From positions 2,112 through 66,111 of the forward strand of contig JACAEX010000032.1 of assembly GCA_013388635.1 (NCBI GenBank): a stretch of DNA of 64,000 nt. The letters are read 5' to 3'. Shown piece by piece: positions 18,960 through 29,570 of this stretch. The notes beneath the pieces are model-generated. The model ran no database searches and had not been told where the DNA came from. It saw only the letters and a list, made by a program, of their open reading frames with translations. The DNA is from Syntrophaceae bacterium. Its GTDB lineage: Bacteria > Desulfobacterota > BSN033 > UBA1163. Numbering within the stretch: position 1 is the first letter of the stretch; each line of letters starts with the position of its first letter. Made by a program: the position numbers and the translations under genes.

Positions 18960-20171
18960 ATGCCGGTCTATCGATGGGAAGGGAAGACGACGAAAGGGGT
19001 TGAAAAGAAGGGCGAGATGGAGGCTCCCAACGAAGCTGCCATCCGGACCCATCTTCGACAGCAGAACATCATTCCGACAAAAATCTCTCCCAAAGGAAAA
19101 GAGATCACCATCAACCTCCCCTTTTTCAAGCCGAAGGTAAAACAACGAGCGATCGCCATCTTCACCCGGCAGCTGGCAACGATGATCGATGCCGGATTGC
19201 CTTTGGTTCAATCCCTTGAGATTCTGGCCTCCCAGCAGGAGAGCAAGGTATTCAAGGATATTATCAAGACCATCCGGGAGGATGTGGAAGGAGGTTCGAC
19301 CTTTGCAGGGGCGCTCAAGAAACACCCCACTGCCTTCAACGAATTGTACACCAACCTGGTCGTGGCCGGCGAGGAAGGAGGTATTTTAGATACCATCCTA
19401 ACCCGGCTGTCCAACTACATCGAAAAGGCCGAGGCACTGAAGAAAAAGGTGAAGTCAGCCCTCATCTATCCGTCCACGATTGTGGGCGTGGCGGTCATCG
19501 TGGTGGTCATCCTCATGGTCTTCGTCATCCCTGTCTTTGAAACGATGTTCAGGTCCGCAGGCCAGACACTGCCCCTTCCCACCTTGGTCACGGTCACGAT
19601 AAGCAAGCTTATCAAGAAATACTTTCTTGCCATGTTCTTTGGGTTAGTCTTTTTATTTATCGCGCTAAGAAGATATTACAGGACCGAGAAAGGGAAGTTG
19701 ATCATTGATGGCCTTATTCTGAGATTGCCAGTCTTCGGGCCGCTCTTCCAGAAGATTGCAGTCGCCCGCTTCTCCCGAACGCTGGGGACCCTGGTCAGCA
19801 GTGGGGTTCCCATCCTGGATGGACTGACCATTGTTTCCAAGGCCTCTGGCAACAGACGGATTGAAACAGCGATCATGAATGCAAGGGCAAGCATCCGAGA
19901 AGGGGAGACGATTGCAGAACCGCTCAACCGGAGTGGAAACTTCCCTCCCATGGTGATCCAGATGATCTCTGTCGGCGAATCGACAGGCGCATTAGATAAC
20001 ATGCTCTCCAAGATCGCGGACTTCTATGAGGAAGAGGTGGATGTCGCCGTGGGCAATTTGACCTCGCTTCTGGAGCCGTTCCTGATGGTCTTTTTGGGAG
20101 TGGTCATCGGTGGGGTTGTGATCTCGATGTACCTCCCCATCTTCCAGATGGCATCTGCTGTAGGCCATTAA
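18960..20171 (+). CDS. pilC: Type IV pilus inner-membrane platform protein PilC (GspF family)
   Basis: Two T2SSF repeats, each followed by TM helices. 403 aa. Lies directly downstream of pilT. Confidence 0.9.
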   Translation: MPVYRWEGKTTKGVEKKGEMEAPNEAAIRTHLRQQNIIPTKISPKGKEITINLPFFKPKVKQRAIAIFTRQLATMIDAGLPLVQSLEILASQQESKVFKDIIKTIREDVEGGSTFAGALKKHPTAFNELYTNLVVAGEEGGILDTILTRLSNYIEKAEALKKKVKSALIYPSTIVGVAVIVVVILMVFVIPVFETMFRSAGQTLPLPTLVTVTISKLIKKYFLAMFFGLVFLFIALRRYYRTEKGKLIIDGLILRLPVFGPLFQKIAVARFSRTLGTLVSSGVPILDGLTIVSKASGNRRIETAIMNARASIREGETIAEPLNRSGNFPPMVIQMISVGESTGALDNMLSKIADFYEEEVDVAVGNLTSLLEPFLMVFLGVVIGGVVISMYLPIFQMASAVGH

Positions 20172-20197
20172 TTCTTTCTCCTCAGGTGGTTATATTG

Positions 20198-21907
20198 ATG
20201 GACCCAAATCCAAATCTCTCCGTTGAGAGTCATCAAAAGATGTTGAAAAACGTGAAGGGTCTGATGCTCTGCAGGATCATCATCCTCACTTGCCTTCTGG
20301 CGATCACCTTCCTCTTTCAGCTCTCCAAAAAGAATTATTTCTTTATCCCCATGACAAATCATTTTTACTATTTTCTCATCCTCTTCTATCTCGTCACGAT
20401 CGTTTATGCCTTCGTCTTGAAGAAAGTAAAGGACCTCCGGAAATTCAGCTTCATCCAGATCCTTGGAGACCATCTCTTTATCACAGGCCTGATCTATTTC
20501 ACTGGAGGGAGAGAAAGTTTCTTTCCGATCACCTATGTCTTCTCAATCATCGGAAGCAGCTTCATCTTCTACCGGAGGGGCGCCTTCTTCTCTGCTTCCC
20601 TTTCGACCTTCCTCTATGGCCTCCTTCTATTGCTCCAGCTCCACCAGGTGATCAATCCTCTGGGACAGATCTCCCTTCCCGATGCGAGCCGGACCTTCTA
20701 TTCCCTGATCCTCTACATGGCTGCCTTCTATATCGTCGCCTTTTTGAGCAGCATCATCTCTGAGGAGCTGAAAAAGGAGAAGAAGGAACTCATTCAGAAA
20801 CAGGTTGACTACGATCAGCTGGAGACATTCAATCGAAACATTGTCCAGAGCCTGGACAGCGGCCTCCTGACGATCGACCTCTCGGGAGAGATCAATTTCT
20901 TAAACCGAACCGCAGAAAAGATCTTGAGCCGCAATGCGGAAGAGCTGAGAAATGTCTCAATCTACGATCTCTTCCCAAAAATCGGTCAGGTGATCGATGA
21001 AGTGAAGTCGAAGGGACCCGACTCCTCCGATTATCAACGTTATCAAACGCTCTTCACAAATCACGAAGGCAAGAATATCTACCTCGGATTCTCCATCTCC
21101 CCGCTGACCGATCCAGAGGGATCGTTGATCGGCCACACCCTGATCTTTCAGGACATCACCAAATTCAAAGAGATGGAAGAAGAGATGAAACGCCTGGATA
21201 AGATGGGCGCCATCGGTTTACTGGCCGCGGGCATGGCCCACGAGATCAGGAACCCCCTGGCTTCCCTGAGTGGATCGATCCAGATGTTGAAGTCAGAACT
21301 GCGCTTGAAGCGCCACCAACAACAACTCATGGAGATCATTCTGAGAGAATCGGAGAGGCTCAATGCCCTGATCACCGATTTTCTTCTTTTCGCCCAGCCT
21401 CCGCAGATCAACCGAAGGCCTTATGAGATTCAGAAGGTGATTGAGGAGACCGTCGACCTCTTGATCCACTCCCCTTCCTTCCATAACGGTATCCGTATCC
21501 AGACCCCGGAGCCCCCAAAGGGTATTCAGGCGATGATCGACCCGGATCAGATGAAGCAGGTCTTCTGGAACCTTCTGCTCAATGCTGTTCAAGCGATGTC
21601 AGACGGAGGCGAGATCCGCATCGAACTGGAAAGACAGAACGGCACCCGCTGGGAACCGAGATTTCCGGTCTTGGCTCAGAAGAGAGGCAAAGAATGGGTG
21701 AGGGTTTCCATCACCGATTCGGGTTGCGGGATCCCTCCCGAGGAGAGAGAGAAGATCTTCGAGCCCTTCTTCACGACCAAGGAAGGTGGGACCGGCTTGG
21801 GCCTGTCGATCGTCCATAAGATTATTGAAAATCACAATGGCATCATTCAGGTGAAGAGTGAGGGGGCCAAGGGGTCGACCTTTACGGTCTTCCTGCCCGT
21901 CGAGTGA
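20198..21907 (+). CDS. pilS: Sensor histidine kinase PilS-like (polytopic membrane N-domain, PAS, HisKA, HATPase_c)
   Basis: Six N-terminal TM helices. H-box [12 protein letters not shown]-lid GTGLGLSI. Immediately upstream of a sigma-54 activator. Confidence 0.75.
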   Translation: MDPNPNLSVESHQKMLKNVKGLMLCRIIILTCLLAITFLFQLSKKNYFFIPMTNHFYYFLILFYLVTIVYAFVLKKVKDLRKFSFIQILGDHLFITGLIYFTGGRESFFPITYVFSIIGSSFIFYRRGAFFSASLSTFLYGLLLLLQLHQVINPLGQISLPDASRTFYSLILYMAAFYIVAFLSSIISEELKKEKKELIQKQVDYDQLETFNRNIVQSLDSGLLTIDLSGEINFLNRTAEKILSRNAEELRNVSIYDLFPKIGQVIDEVKSKGPDSSDYQRYQTLFTNHEGKNIYLGFSISPLTDPEGSLIGHTLIFQDITKFKEMEEEMKRLDKMGAIGLLAAGMAHEIRNPLASLSGSIQMLKSELRLKRHQQQLMEIILRESERLNALITDFLLFAQPPQINRRPYEIQKVIEETVDLLIHSPSFHNGIRIQTPEPPKGIQAMIDPDQMKQVFWNLLLNAVQAMSDGGEIRIELERQNGTRWEPRFPVLAQKRGKEWVRVSITDSGCGIPPEEREKIFEPFFTTKEGGTGLGLSIVHKIIENHNGIIQVKSEGAKGSTFTVFLPVE

Positions 21908-21917
21908 GAGGGAATCT

Positions 21918-23312
21918 ATGCCGAAGGAGAAGATTCTGGTTGCGGATGATGAACAGAGCATGAGGGAGTTTCTCGATATCATGCTCAGGAAGGAGGGGTA
22001 TAAGGTCTCCCTGGCCTCGAACGGGGAAGAGGTGCTCAGACTGGTCGAGAAGGATATTTTCGACCTGGCCCTCCTCGATATTCGGATGCCGAGGCTGGAT
22101 GGGATCTCAACGCTCAAAAAGGTCAAAGAGATCTCACCTGAAACGATCGCCATCATGATCACGGCCTATGCGTCTGCCGATACTGCGATCAAGGCGATGA
22201 AGGAGGGCGCCTACGACTACATCACCAAACCGTTCAAGGTCGAAGAGATCAAACTGGTGATCAAGAATGCCCTGGAAAGGAAGAACCTTCAGAAGGAGAA
22301 CATCCTTCTCAAGGAGGTGGTCAAGGACCGGTATCACTTTGAGAATATCATCGGTCAGAGCCCTAAGATGCTCGAGCTGTACAGACTTCTGGAGAAGGTG
22401 GCGCCTACCAAGACCAATATCCTGATCACCGGAGAGAGCGGAACTGGAAAGGAGTTGGTCGCAAAGGCGATCCATTATAACAGCCCGCGAAGGGAGAAGC
22501 CCTTCGTCACACTGAACTGCGGTGCGATCCCCGAGACCCTGATTGAGAGCGAACTCTTCGGCCACATGAAGGGTGCCTTTACAGACGCCATCGCAACCAA
22601 AAAAGGGCTGTTCGAGGTGGCCGATGAAGGGACGATCTTCCTCGATGAGATCAGCGAACTCCCTCTCATGATGCAGGTGAAGCTCCTGCGTGTATTGCAG
22701 GACAGGGAATTTAAGAGGGTGGGAGGCACCGAGGATATTCGGGTCGATGTCCGCATCATTGCAGCGACGAACAAGGATCTGGAAGAGGCGGTTCGCGAAA
22801 AACGTTTTCGAGAAGACCTCTTCTATCGACTCAATGTCATTCAGATCAAACTTCCTTCGTTGAGGGAGAGGAGAGAGGACATTCCTCTTCTGACCGCCCA
22901 TTTCTTGAAAAAGTACTCCGAGGAACTGAATAAAAATATCTCCACAGTCTCTCCGGAGGCGCTTCAAATTCTGATCAACTATGATTATCCAGGAAACGTG
23001 AGGGAGCTCCAGAATATCATCGAAAGGGCGGTGGCCCTCGAGGGCTCCCATCAGCTGTCGGCACAGAACCTCGGCTCTTATCTCAACGAAAGAATCCCTG
23101 TCAAGATGGGGACCTTCGACCTCGACATTCCAAACGAGGGGATCGACCTTGAAAAGATCGTGGCGGATATTGAAAAGACCCTTCTGCTCAAGGCCCTGGA
23201 CAAGACCAAAGGGATTAAGAAGAGGGCCGCGGAGCTTCTCAACATCAACTTCCGCTCCATGCGTTATCGGTTAGAGAAATATGGACTGAATCAGGAATCC
23301 AAACCCGAGTAG
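21918..23312 (+). CDS. pilR: Sigma-54-dependent response regulator PilR-like (REC + AAA+ sigma-54 activator + Fis-type HTH)
   Basis: REC domain with Asp in LLDIRMP. AAA+ Walker A GESGTGKE. GAFTDA close to GAFTGA. C-terminal HTH. Start taken at MPKEKILVADDE; the ORF-track start at 21858 overlaps pilS. Confidence 0.8.
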   Translation: MPKEKILVADDEQSMREFLDIMLRKEGYKVSLASNGEEVLRLVEKDIFDLALLDIRMPRLDGISTLKKVKEISPETIAIMITAYASADTAIKAMKEGAYDYITKPFKVEEIKLVIKNALERKNLQKENILLKEVVKDRYHFENIIGQSPKMLELYRLLEKVAPTKTNILITGESGTGKELVAKAIHYNSPRREKPFVTLNCGAIPETLIESELFGHMKGAFTDAIATKKGLFEVADEGTIFLDEISELPLMMQVKLLRVLQDREFKRVGGTEDIRVDVRIIAATNKDLEEAVREKRFREDLFYRLNVIQIKLPSLRERREDIPLLTAHFLKKYSEELNKNISTVSPEALQILINYDYPGNVRELQNIIERAVALEGSHQLSAQNLGSYLNERIPVKMGTFDLDIPNEGIDLEKIVADIEKTLLLKALDKTKGIKKRAAELLNINFRSMRYRLEKYGLNQESKPE

Positions 23313-23329
23313 AAATGCCTCTCAGGTGA

Positions 23330-25069
23330 TCAAGACCTCCGTTTGAACTGTCTGTTTAAATCGTCCAGATGGAGCTGGAAGAAGATCGGCCTCCCATGTG
23401 GACAGGTGGCGTGGAGATCGATCGGCCAGAGGGTTCGGAGCAGCTCTTCCATCTCTTCTCTCCTCAATGTGCAGTTCGCTCGTATAGCAGAATGGCAGGC
23501 CAAGGTTATCAGAATGGTGTCGAACACACCCGCTCCTCGTCCCTCTCCCTTTAAAGCAGGGAGCGCATCCAGTATCTCCCTCACCACTCCCTTCGCATCT
23601 TTTTCATCGACAAAGGATGGCCTGGAGCGAATGGCGTAGGTCCTCCCACCGATCGGGTCAATTTCAAACCCCATCGACTGGAGCTCTCCAAGGTGTGTTT
23701 CTAAAATGAACGATTCCTCCGCGGAGAGTTCCATCGGGATGGGGAGAAGAAACCTCTCCGCGACGATGGACCTGGTCTCATGTTGATCTCTGTATCGATT
23801 AAAAAGGACACGCTCATGGGCAGCGTGTTGATCGATGATGATCAATCCTTCCTCCCCCTCACAGAGGATGTAGGTCCTCTGGAGCTGGCCCAAGATCCGG
23901 AACGGAAGCTTAGACTCTGCCTTCCACTCCTCAGGCATTGGCTCGCTGACCCCTGCCACCGGCTCCTTCTTTTCCTGGGGTTGATCGAGATACGTGGCTA
24001 AGACGGCCGGTACCGAAGCCTCATTCTCGGAGTCCAACCCTCTTTCTGCTCTCCCCGAGGCCTCTAACGTGACCGAGACCCTTCGGCCATGGAGAGAACA
24101 CAGGGCCTCGGTCACAGCAAGGAAGACTCTTTCCGGATCACGGAATTTCACCTCGGCCTTGGTGGGATGGACGTTCACATCCACGGTGGATGGAGGGACC
24201 GATAGAAAAAGGATAACGATCGGAAACCTTCCGGTCGGGATCAGGTGACGGTAGCTTTCCATGACCGCCCTATGGATCATCCGATCCCTGACAAATCGGC
24301 GATTGACATAGAGATAGATCCCGTCGGCATTTCCCTTTGAAATCGTAGGAAGGCTTGCAAAACCCGAGAGGCCAATATCCTCGAGATGGATTTCGTACGG
24401 CCGGAGATGGTCCACCAGATCCCTCCCCAACACCGCCTCGACTCGAACCAGAGGCGATTCTGTTTTTGGATACTGATAGAGCATCCGATGGTCATGGATC
24501 AATTTGAAAGAGATGAACGGGTGGGAAAGACTCAATCGGAGAAAATAGTTCAAGGAGTAACGAAGTTCTGAACGGATCGATTTTAAGAATCTCCTCTTCA
24601 CCGGAATGTTATAAAAGATTTGCCTCACCTCAACCTCTGTCCCGATGGGGCACCCGACTTCAGAAATACTTTTGATCTCACCTCCTTCGCACACGGCTTT
24701 TGTTCCGGTGATCGATCCCTGGACCCGAGTTTTGATCGTCATCTTTGAGACGGAGGCGATACTGGGAAGGGCCTCTCCCCTGAACCCTAAGGTATGAATC
24801 GCATAGAGATCCTCCGCCTTTCTGACCTTGCTCGTGGCGTACCTCTGGAATGCAATGGGAAGGTCCTCCCGATCGATCCCTTCTCCGTCATCATAGACGC
24901 GGATCAGCTGAAGCCCGGCTCTCTCCAGCTCGACCACGATCTCTGAACTCCCGGCATCAATCGCATTCTCCACCAACTCCTTAACCACAGAGGCAGGTCT
25001 CTCAATCACCTCTCCTGCCGCAATAACCTGGGCCACCTCTTCTGGCAAGACTTGAATCTTTGATGGCAT
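23330..25069 (-). CDS. mutL: DNA mismatch repair protein MutL
   Basis: N-terminal GHKL ATPase (VVKELVENAIDAG, DDGEGI). C-terminal dimerisation domain. 579 aa. Confidence 0.9.
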   Translation of the reverse strand: MPSKIQVLPEEVAQVIAAGEVIERPASVVKELVENAIDAGSSEIVVELERAGLQLIRVYDDGEGIDREDLPIAFQRYATSKVRKAEDLYAIHTLGFRGEALPSIASVSKMTIKTRVQGSITGTKAVCEGGEIKSISEVGCPIGTEVEVRQIFYNIPVKRRFLKSIRSELRYSLNYFLRLSLSHPFISFKLIHDHRMLYQYPKTESPLVRVEAVLGRDLVDHLRPYEIHLEDIGLSGFASLPTISKGNADGIYLYVNRRFVRDRMIHRAVMESYRHLIPTGRFPIVILFLSVPPSTVDVNVHPTKAEVKFRDPERVFLAVTEALCSLHGRRVSVTLEASGRAERGLDSENEASVPAVLATYLDQPQEKKEPVAGVSEPMPEEWKAESKLPFRILGQLQRTYILCEGEEGLIIIDQHAAHERVLFNRYRDQHETRSIVAERFLLPIPMELSAEESFILETHLGELQSMGFEIDPIGGRTYAIRSRPSFVDEKDAKGVVREILDALPALKGEGRGAGVFDTILITLACHSAIRANCTLRREEMEELLRTLWPIDLHATCPHGRPIFFQLHLDDLNRQFKRRS

Positions 25070-25125
25070 ACGACAAAAAAGTCAATCGCTTTAGGTTTTG
25101 AATTTTGACATTGAACTTCAGCTGA

Positions 25126-26106
25126 TCATCCGGATCCATCCTCGACAAAGGCTCCCATCCTCCTGAACTTCTCATATCTCAGGGCAAGGAGTTCTTCGAT
25201 GTCCTTACTCTCCAATTCCCTTAGGTGGCGTTCCACCACTTGCTTTAAAGACACCGCCATTCCCTGGGGGTCGCGATGGGCGCCTCCCAATGGCTCTTTG
25301 ACCACCTCATCGATCACTCCCAGCCGGAACAGATCAGCCGCAGTCAGCTTTAACGATTCGGCTGCTACCTCCTTCTTTCGTCCATCCTTCCAGAGAATGG
25401 CTGCACATCCCTCCGGACTGATCACGGAATAGATTGAATATTCAAGCATCAGGATCCGGTCACCAACTCCTATGGCCAGGGCTCCTCCACTTCCTCCTTC
25501 TCCGATCACGATGGCGAGGATGGGGGTCCGGAGCAGGATCATCATCTTAAGATTTCTTGCAATGGCCTCAGCCTGACCCCTCTCCTCGGCTCCCACACCA
25601 GGAAATGCGCCAGGGGTGTCGATCATTGTCACAACCGGCTTCCTAAACGTCTCTCCCATCCTCATCAGCCTCAGTGCCTTTCGATACCCCTCTGGGTGCG
25701 GCATCCCCGCGTTCCGCTGCGCCATTTCCTTTGCATCCACCCCTCTCTGGTGCGCCACCAGGATCACAGACCGGCCGTTAAGCTTCGAGAGCCCTCCCAC
25801 GATGGCTGGATCATCCCCATAGACCCGGTCCCCGTGAAGTTCAACAAAATTCTCAAACATCCACTGGATGTAATGGGATGCCTTTGGCCGGTCGATGTGC
25901 CTTGCCATCTGTGTGATCTGCCAACGGGTTAAATTGGAGAATATCTCCTTTTGGAGACGACGATACTTATCCTCCAGATTTTTCAGCTGTTCATTGAGAT
26001 GAAGCTGTTTCCCCTTCGAAAACCTTTTGAGATCTTCAATCTCTCTTTCCAACTCGAGCAGAGGTCTTTCGAAATCTAAATAGTGTCTCACCATATCGAT
26101 ACCCAC
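25126..26106 (-). CDS. accA: Acetyl-CoA carboxylase carboxyltransferase alpha subunit
   Basis: DFERPLLELEREIEDLK matches the AccA N-terminus. Crotonase-fold CT domain. The true start may be MVRHYLDF at 26091. Confidence 0.9.
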   Translation of the reverse strand: MGIDMVRHYLDFERPLLELEREIEDLKRFSKGKQLHLNEQLKNLEDKYRRLQKEIFSNLTRWQITQMARHIDRPKASHYIQWMFENFVELHGDRVYGDDPAIVGGLSKLNGRSVILVAHQRGVDAKEMAQRNAGMPHPEGYRKALRLMRMGETFRKPVVTMIDTPGAFPGVGAEERGQAEAIARNLKMMILLRTPILAIVIGEGGSGGALAIGVGDRILMLEYSIYSVISPEGCAAILWKDGRKKEVAAESLKLTAADLFRLGVIDEVVKEPLGGAHRDPQGMAVSLKQVVERHLRELESKDIEELLALRYEKFRRMGAFVEDGSG

Positions 26107-29100
26107 CTATTCAAGCGAGAGGACCGGAGATCCAAAGAGACTGGCCACCTGACTTCGAAAGTCCGGATTGGGATCCACCCGGTATTCGTCTGACAGGGCG
26201 ACCACCGTCTCCCCCTCCCTGCCATTGGACAGATGGAGCAAGACCCTGTACATCCCCCTATGTGCGATGATAATCTTTTTCAGGTCGATCAGCTGGGATG
26301 GCGTCAGCGAGGAGGTTGGGATCCTTAAATGGAGGGTCTTTTTGGAGGGAGAGGCAACCTCTGAAAGAGGCCGAACCTCCGAGGCCTTGATCTTCGGATG
26401 TTCCTCCGAGAGATCCAGGACGCCCCGAACGAGGACGGGGTCCGTTCCTCTCAAACAGGGCAGAGCCGCTTTGAATACTTCGGGGAAGAGGATCACCTCC
26501 ACAAACCCTTTCATGTCCTCCAAGCTGAGGAAGGCCATGCGATCGCCCTTTTTGGTCGTGATCTCCTTCAGTCCGCTGACCAGACCGCAAAGCTTCACTT
26601 CAGCCCCATGCTCTAATCTCGTAAGCGTCGAGGTGTCCTCAGGCGTGTGCCTCCTGATCTCCTCCTGATAGCTCGCCAAAGGATGGCGGGAGATGTAGAA
26701 TCCGATCGTCTCCTTTTCAAACGCAATCAATTGATTTTCGGCAAATTCGTCAATCTCCGGATAGCTCTCCCCTTCTTCCTTCTGGAGGGAGCCCCACATG
26801 CTCATCTGAATCTCCTCCTTCCTGCGTTGGAGCGACTGGCCGCGTTCCAAAAACTCCTCCAAGGCGGTCAGCATCTGAGACCGGTGAACATGTGAGAAGT
26901 CGAAGGCGCCACATTTGATCAGACTTTCGATCACCCTACGATTCACCTTTCTTAAATCGACCCTCTTACAAAAATCGAAGAGGGATTTGAACCTGCCTCC
27001 CTCCTCCCTCTCGCTAAGGATGGCCTCCACAGCCGCATCCCCGACGTTCTTCACCGCAGCTAAGCCAAATCGAATCTGCCCTCCCCTCACTGCAAAATCT
27101 CTATGGCTCTCATTGATATCCGGTGGCAATACCTCGATCCCCATCTCCCGGCATTCCGCAATATATTTAACGATCTTGTCCGGATTCTGAACCTCGCTGG
27201 TCAGGGAGGCGGCCATGAATTCGATGGGGTAATTCGCCTTCAAAAAAGCCGTCTGGTAGGCGATGAGGGCATAGGCCGCGCTATGCGATTTGTTAAAACC
27301 GTATTCCGCAAATTTTGAGATGAGGTCAAAGATCTTCTCCGCCTTTGCCGGATTGATCCGATTTCTTCGGGCCCCTGCGAGGAACTTCTCCTTCTGCATC
27401 TCCATCTCTTTCGGATCCTTCTTGGACATCGCCCTCCTCAGAATATCGGCATCCTCCAGGCTGAAATTGGCGAGTGTACTCGCAATCCTCATCACCTGTT
27501 CCTGATAGACAATCACTCCATAGGTCTCCCCCAAAATCTCTTTTAACTCTGGAAGGTCGTATCGAATCAGTTCCTTCCTATGCCTTCGCTTCGTAAACTC
27601 CTCAACCATACCACTGCCCAGCGGTCCCGGCCGGTAAAGAGCCACCAGAGCGATGATATCCTTAAAGCTTTCCGGCTTCAGTTTCATCAGCAAATCTCTC
27701 ATGCCGGAGCTCTCCAGCTGGAAGATGCCGAGCGTCGATCCCGATGCCAAGAGAGCAAACGTCTTGGGATCGTCCAGCGGGATCTGAGAGATCTCGATCT
27801 TCACCCCCTTCTCCTTCTCGATCAGCCGGATCGCATTGTTGACCACGGTGAGTGTCTTGAGCCCCAGGAAATCGAACTTGACCAATCCGATCTTCTCCAC
27901 ATCCTTCATGGAATACTGAGTCATCACCTCCCCGTTCTGTCCACGGTAGAGGGGCAGATATTCCATAAGCGGCTTGTTGGAGATGACCACGCCAGCCGCA
28001 TGCGTCGAGGCATGCCGGCTCAATCCCTCCAAGGCCTTTGCGATCCCGAATAAAGAGGCCATTCTGGCGTCCTTCTGAATCATCTCCTCCAACCTTGGCT
28101 CCTGTCGGAGCGCCTGGTCCAGCGTGATATTTAATGTATTGGGGATCAACTTAGCTATCCGGTCTACCTCGGCATAAGGGATGTCCATCACACGGCCGAC
28201 GTCTCGGATCACAGCCCTCGCCTGCATCTTGCCGAAGGTGATGATCTGGGCCACGTTTTCCCTTCCATACTTATTCATCACATACCGGATCACATCCTCC
28301 CTTCCCTCCATGCAGAAATCGACATCCACATCAGGCATGCTGCTCTTTCTGCCGGGATTCAAGAACCGTTCGAAGATGAGATCATATTCGATCGGATCCA
28401 GATCGGTGATGTTTAAGGCATAGGCGACCAGGCTCCCTGCTGCTGAACCTCTTCCCGGGCCGACGGGGATCCTCTGCCCTTTCGCAAAATTGATGAAATC
28501 CGCCACGATTAGGAAATATCCTGAATACCCCATCGATCGGATGACCTTGAGCTCCTCCTCTAAGCGGGCCCAGTATCGGGCAGATCGTTCTTTAAAGTCC
28601 TCCCTGTCACGATGGGCGATCAGTCTTCTCTCCAGCCCTTCCCTCGAGAGCCTTTCCAAGTAACTGTCCAGGGATTCGCCCGAGGGAACCGAGATCTTGG
28701 GTATGTGCTTCTCCTCAAATTTCAACTCCAAATTGCATCGATCTGCGACCTCCATCGTATGGGTCAAGGCCTCCGGCATGTCTTTGAAGAGATCGGCCAT
28801 CTCCTCCGGCGATTTAAAATAAAACTCATCCGACGAAAACTTCATCCGATCGCTATCCGAGAGGGTCTTTCCTGTTTGAATGCAGAGGAGGACCTCATGG
28901 GCCTTGGCATCCGTCCGGTGAAGGTAGTGACAGTCGTTTGTGCCTACAATCGGAAGGGAGAGCTGTTGCGCAATCTCCAAAAGCCTGCCATTGATGAGCG
29001 ACTGGTTCTCCACACCATTATTCTGGATCTCGATGAAGAAACGCCGATCATCAAATATCCTTCCGTACTCTTCTGCGCATTGGACGGCTTTCTTCATCTC

Positions 29101-29559
29101 TCCCCGGCTGACGAGAACCGCGATCTCACCCTTGAGACAGCCGCTGAGCGCGATCAGTCCCTCGTTATATCGGCTCAGAAGCTCCTTATCGACCCTCGGT
29201 TTATAATAGAACCCTTCGAGGTGGGCCAGACTGACCAGCCGGATGAGATTGAAATAGCCAACCCTGTTCTTGACTAGAAGCGTGAGATGATACGCGCCCT
29301 CGGCCTCCTTGACCATCTTCTTCTCAAAGCGGCTTCCGGGTGCCACGTAAACCTCGCAACCGACGATCGGCTTGATCCCATGCTTGATCGCCATCTGATA
29401 GAATTCGATCGCTCCGAACATGTTCCCGTGGTCGGTCAGGGCAACGGCTGGCATCCGGTATTTCTTGGCCAGATCGAAGACCTCCTCGAATCGGATGGCC
29501 CCGTCCAGAAGGCTGAACTGGCTGTGGACGTGAAGATGAACAAAATTAGCGTGTTCCAT
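26107..29559 (-). CDS. dnaE: DNA polymerase III alpha subunit
   Basis: PHP domain (HLHVHSQFSLLDG). Polymerase core. Fingers. OB-fold tail. About 1150 aa. Start taken at MEHANFVHLHVH. Confidence 0.95.
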   Translation of the reverse strand: MEHANFVHLHVHSQFSLLDGAIRFEEVFDLAKKYRMPAVALTDHGNMFGAIEFYQMAIKHGIKPIVGCEVYVAPGSRFEKKMVKEAEGAYHLTLLVKNRVGYFNLIRLVSLAHLEGFYYKPRVDKELLSRYNEGLIALSGCLKGEIAVLVSRGEMKKAVQCAEEYGRIFDDRRFFIEIQNNGVENQSLINGRLLEIAQQLSLPIVGTNDCHYLHRTDAKAHEVLLCIQTGKTLSDSDRMKFSSDEFYFKSPEEMADLFKDMPEALTHTMEVADRCNLELKFEEKHIPKISVPSGESLDSYLERLSREGLERRLIAHRDREDFKERSARYWARLEEELKVIRSMGYSGYFLIVADFINFAKGQRIPVGPGRGSAAGSLVAYALNITDLDPIEYDLIFERFLNPGRKSSMPDVDVDFCMEGREDVIRYVMNKYGRENVAQIITFGKMQARAVIRDVGRVMDIPYAEVDRIAKLIPNTLNITLDQALRQEPRLEEMIQKDARMASLFGIAKALEGLSRHASTHAAGVVISNKPLMEYLPLYRGQNGEVMTQYSMKDVEKIGLVKFDFLGLKTLTVVNNAIRLIEKEKGVKIEISQIPLDDPKTFALLASGSTLGIFQLESSGMRDLLMKLKPESFKDIIALVALYRPGPLGSGMVEEFTKRRHRKELIRYDLPELKEILGETYGVIVYQEQVMRIASTLANFSLEDADILRRAMSKKDPKEMEMQKEKFLAGARRNRINPAKAEKIFDLISKFAEYGFNKSHSAAYALIAYQTAFLKANYPIEFMAASLTSEVQNPDKIVKYIAECREMGIEVLPPDINESHRDFAVRGGQIRFGLAAVKNVGDAAVEAILSEREEGGRFKSLFDFCKRVDLRKVNRRVIESLIKCGAFDFSHVHRSQMLTALEEFLERGQSLQRRKEEIQMSMWGSLQKEEGESYPEIDEFAENQLIAFEKETIGFYISRHPLASYQEEIRRHTPEDTSTLTRLEHGAEVKLCGLVSGLKEITTKKGDRMAFLSLEDMKGFVEVILFPEVFKAALPCLRGTDPVLVRGVLDLSEEHPKIKASEVRPLSEVASPSKKTLHLRIPTSSLTPSQLIDLKKIIIAHRGMYRVLLHLSNGREGETVVALSDEYRVDPNPDFRSQVASLFGSPVLSLE

Positions 29560-29570
29560 ATATCGTTTAT

